DNA of 64,000 nt. It comes from Bacteroidia bacterium (lineage in GTDB: Bacteria; Bacteroidota; Bacteroidia; M30B66). This document shows, one piece after another, positions 60,888-64,000 of this stretch. The position numbers were made by a program, and so were the translations under genes. The DNA is taken from positions 2,944,001 through 3,008,000 of the forward strand of contig OZ257142.1 in the NCBI GenBank assembly GCA_965279035.1, in the 5' to 3' direction. The notes under the pieces are model-generated. The model saw only the letters and a program-made list of their open reading frames with translations, searched no databases and was not told where the DNA came from. The first letter of the stretch is position 1, and each line of letters begins with the position of its first letter.

Positions 60888-61186
60888 TGCTGAATTTGAA
60901 TTTCTCCTGAAGCAATTAACTCATATAATTTTGTCTTTCCAATCTCGAGCAAAACAGCCGTCTTTACAACATTATAGCTATTCTCTTCGAGACATTGTTG
61001 AATGATTCTCCGATTAATTTCTTTCAAACTTAATCCACGATACAACACGCTTAAGAATTCTTTAGCTCCTTCAATTTCGGTTATTTCCTCTTCATTTTTT
61101 TTACATAACTGAATGAGAGAATCCGAATTCCAAGGATCACTTTTTTTGAGAACAATTTTCAATGCAGTATTTTTCATATGCTTCAA
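60881..61186 (-). CDS. Small Fis-type HTH protein
   Basis: SLKE...IIQQCLEENSYNVVKTAVLLEIGKTKLY. Confidence 0.7.
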   Translation of the reverse strand: MKHMKNTALKIVLKKSDPWNSDSLIQLCKKNEEEITEIEGAKEFLSVLYRGLSLKEINRRIIQQCLEENSYNVVKTAVLLEIGKTKLYELIASGEIQIQQC

Positions 61187-62274
61187 ATTGTTACTCCAGT
61201 ATCAGTCATTTCATAGCGACGAATAAAGCGATACCAACGATTGAAATTAGTGATAGTATGCACAATCTTCGTGTAGGCAATCACAATAAAAAACTGAATA
61301 ATTAGAATAAAGAAAAGTGAAAATCCACTGTATATCATTCCAATAGTAAAAGGCAAAATACTGGTATGTAGTGTGAGGATTCTTAAGGTAGCAATTTTAT
61401 GAGGAATTCGATTGCGAATAATCCAGTGATGTAAATGGTTTCGATCTGCAGAATACGGCGATCTACCTTGTGAAATACGAAAGGCAAAAACACGCAGCGT
61501 ATCGGTAACTGGAACGATTAACAATGCTGATAAAATAGCTAAAGAATCGGCAGGAGAAAGCCATTTTTGGACAAGTTCATATTGGCGAAACGACAATCCC
61601 ATGGCGATGAAAAAGAATCCAAAAACAAGTGATCCACCATCGCCCATAAATACTTTGGCAGGTGACCAATTAAAGAATAAGAATGCTAGAACCATGGCGG
61701 CCCAAGTAACTGAAATCATAAATAAACCTTGATCAGCCGATAGATAACCAATGAATCCAAAAACTAAGAGATTTAACATGGCCATTCCGCCGGCTAAACC
61801 ATCAATTCCATCAATTAAATTAAATGCATTGGTAACACCAGTAACAGCTATAATTGTGAGAATTGCATCAAACCAAAAGGGTAATTCATTGAGTCCAAAT
61901 AATCCACCTAGATTATTAATGGTAATTCCGTTGATGACTAAAAATGCACCGCATCCGATTTGTATCATAAATCGGAATCCAGAGGAAAGATTGCGTTGAT
62001 CGTCCCAAGCACCTGTAATCATGAGCAGTAACAAAGGAGCAGAAACGGCAATGTGCTCATACCAAAATTCACGTACCGATCCAAAAATGAGGGTCATTTC
62101 AATCCAGGTAATTCCTAATGCCAAACCACCAATTGCAGGAATCGCCTTTTTATGGGTTTTACGTTCATCGGGCTTGTCTAATAAACTGAATTTATGAAAC
62201 AGTTTAATGAGCAAGGGAAGTTGGACAATCACGAGGATTGTTCCAGTAAGTAGTTCTATCCAGAAGCTTTTCAT
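61183..62274 (-). CDS. WecA/MraY family polyprenyl-phosphate GlcNAc-1-phosphate transferase
   Basis: DKPDERKTH, WDD, NAFNLIDGIDGL, FMGDGGS, DRNHLHH. Confidence 0.92.
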   Translation of the reverse strand: MKSFWIELLTGTILVIVQLPLLIKLFHKFSLLDKPDERKTHKKAIPAIGGLALGITWIEMTLIFGSVREFWYEHIAVSAPLLLLMITGAWDDQRNLSSGFRFMIQIGCGAFLVINGITINNLGGLFGLNELPFWFDAILTIIAVTGVTNAFNLIDGIDGLAGGMAMLNLLVFGFIGYLSADQGLFMISVTWAAMVLAFLFFNWSPAKVFMGDGGSLVFGFFFIAMGLSFRQYELVQKWLSPADSLAILSALLIVPVTDTLRVFAFRISQGRSPYSADRNHLHHWIIRNRIPHKIATLRILTLHTSILPFTIGMIYSGFSLFFILIIQFFIVIAYTKIVHTITNFNRWYRFIRRYEMTDTGVTI

Positions 62275-62277
62275 AAA

Positions 62278-63525
62278 TCAACGTTTTTCAAAAAAGTGGT
62301 AAGTGTGACGTAAATGCGGTATTCCAAACTGATCAAATTCTTCTTTCCTAAATACACGAGAAGCAATGGATACCAATCGTTTTGAAGGGCGGCCTTCATA
62401 CACGCGTTTTACGAGATGCAAATAGCGCGAAGCGATTGTTTCCCATGTGTAGCGTTTTAATGCAATCTGTTTCATGACAGAAGCATTTTCGTTTAATTTT
62501 TCGATGTTGATATTGCTCAGAATTTCTGATAAGGTTCGAGCATCTTTAAAATAAATGGCATGTCCTTGCGTGGTGGTGACATTGTATTTTACACCAAAGG
62601 CAATCACAGCACAACCGAGATACATAGCTTCAACAAGGGAAGGATTTGTTCCACCAGCTGAATGACCATGCACGTAGGCTACAGCCGTGCTGCGCAATAC
62701 ATCCAATGTGCGTTGATCGTAGATTGGATCGAGAATGATCAGATTAGAAAATGTAGCATATTTTTCCCGAAGTGCTTTTCCATATTCGCTATGGTTCCAA
62801 TTTCCAACAAACACGTAAGTTTTATCGGTGAATTCGGAAAATGCTTTTAATAAAATGTGCACATTGTTTTCGGGTTCAATGCGACAAACACTGAAATAAT
62901 AAGGAGCATTTAAGAAAGGATATTTCTCACGATCCTCCGGAATTGGTTCTTGAAAAGAGGCATGATCAGCGCCATATTCGATAATATGACTCAGGCTCTT
63001 ATATCGAATCGCAGTATAATCCTGAATTGCTTCATTGTCGGCAATATCAGCATCGCTGAATTTTACAGCCAAATATTCCGCAAACCACAAATACCAACGT
63101 GCATATTTGCCCCATTTAGCTCGCTTCCATTCAATTCCATCGATAGAAACAATGAGCTTTCGTCGCGTAAACCATTTCACAAAAGGAAATAAAAATCCAC
63201 CACTTACGCCCAGTACTATTAATACATCCGAAAATAAAACGGCATGTAGTATACTCAAACAATCGTATAAAATGGACGATTTTCCATTTGCATCCAAGGG
63301 AATATAAACCAGTTTTGCGCCTTTATACGATTTTAAACGTTCCGATTTCTTATATTTTTTACCACTGCAATAGACTGTCATATCGCAGCTTTCGGACATA
63401 TTTGTTGCAAGATGCTCTGCCAATGTTTCAAAACCACCATAGCAGGCTGGCAATCCTACGGTACCTATTACGGCAACACGGGTTTTGCGCTTTTCTTTTC
63501 CGTTCGTTTGTTCTGGTGTTTTCAT
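62278..63525 (-). CDS. GT4 glycosyltransferase (DUF1972 type)
   Basis: GTVGLPACYGGFET, DGIEWKRAKW, RIEPENN, HGHSAGGTNPSLVEAM. Confidence 0.88.
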   Translation of the reverse strand: MKTPEQTNGKEKRKTRVAVIGTVGLPACYGGFETLAEHLATNMSESCDMTVYCSGKKYKKSERLKSYKGAKLVYIPLDANGKSSILYDCLSILHAVLFSDVLIVLGVSGGFLFPFVKWFTRRKLIVSIDGIEWKRAKWGKYARWYLWFAEYLAVKFSDADIADNEAIQDYTAIRYKSLSHIIEYGADHASFQEPIPEDREKYPFLNAPYYFSVCRIEPENNVHILLKAFSEFTDKTYVFVGNWNHSEYGKALREKYATFSNLIILDPIYDQRTLDVLRSTAVAYVHGHSAGGTNPSLVEAMYLGCAVIAFGVKYNVTTTQGHAIYFKDARTLSEILSNINIEKLNENASVMKQIALKRYTWETIASRYLHLVKRVYEGRPSKRLVSIASRVFRKEEFDQFGIPHLRHTYHFFEKR

Positions 63526-64000
63526 GAGTTCAAATCGGTATAAGAAATAGTTGAAACGGTATTTTCATCAATTGATTGACGAGAGAAATTGTGTGTTAAT
63601 TCGTGTATTTTATGATGTAGTGATTCATAGTTTCGTGAATCGATTAACCAACCATCATCGGGTTCTGAAACAATTTCTGCCGGACCACCAATAGGCGGAG
63701 CAATGACCCGAATGCCATAGGCTTTAGCTTCTAAAATGGTCATTCCAAATGTTTCTATCCATTGATCAGGCAGACTTAAATTCATGACTAAATCGGCTTG
63801 TTGATAAGCGGGATGCGTATTGCGTGTTGGTGATAGAATTTCGCAATTCGCAGGTGGTTTTTCTTTTTCAATAAAATCTTGAATATCTCCTTCGGAAGCA
63901 TTTAACATTAATCGAAAACGTACATGTGGAAAATCTTTGGCTAAGCGGGTAAAAACATACACGCCTTTATATTCTTTTAAACTACAAAGCATCAACACGG
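63522..64000 (-). CDS. GT4 glycosyltransferase (5' part outside the window)
   Basis: ETFGMTILEA, GGPAEIV. Confidence 0.85.
   Translation of the reverse strand, partial: VLMLCSLKEYKGVYVFTRLAKDFPHVRFRLMLNASEGDIQDFIEKEKPPANCEILSPTRNTHPAYQQADLVMNLSLPDQWIETFGMTILEAKAYGIRVIAPPIGGPAEIVSEPDDGWLIDSRNYESLHHKIHELTHNFSRQSIDENTVSTISYTDLNS

Noticed and set aside
1283-63527. Many short ORFs in the track that overlap longer genes
   Set aside because: Antisense or out-of-frame shadows of well-supported genes with no motifs.

Overview
Chromosomal window from a Bacteroidota bacterium (T9SS C-terminal domains, TonB receptor, TAnnTTTG promoters). An ~18 kb integrase-less island (6588-24472) is bounded by a 49-bp direct repeat of the tRNA-Met 3' end. 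Inside it is an integron-like gene-cassette array: six ~124-bp hairpin repeats (AAC...GTT) separate unrelated, co-oriented genes. In each case the start of a cassette is complementary to its own end, as expected for units that excise as circles. Each repeat embeds a Bacteroidota-type promoter. A seventh repeat bounds a solo 4.4-kb three-gene cassette at 33929-38345. An IS110 element sits exactly at the predicted crossover of one repeat, and its non-coding end contains bridge-RNA-like loops matching both that target and its own circle junction. The rest of the window holds four more IS elements, hicAB, an arsR-arsM-acr3-arsC operon, SRP RNA, two Flavo-1-like elements, T9SS cargo proteins and glycosyltransferase clusters. 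All calls are from reading the sequence by eye; no searches were run.
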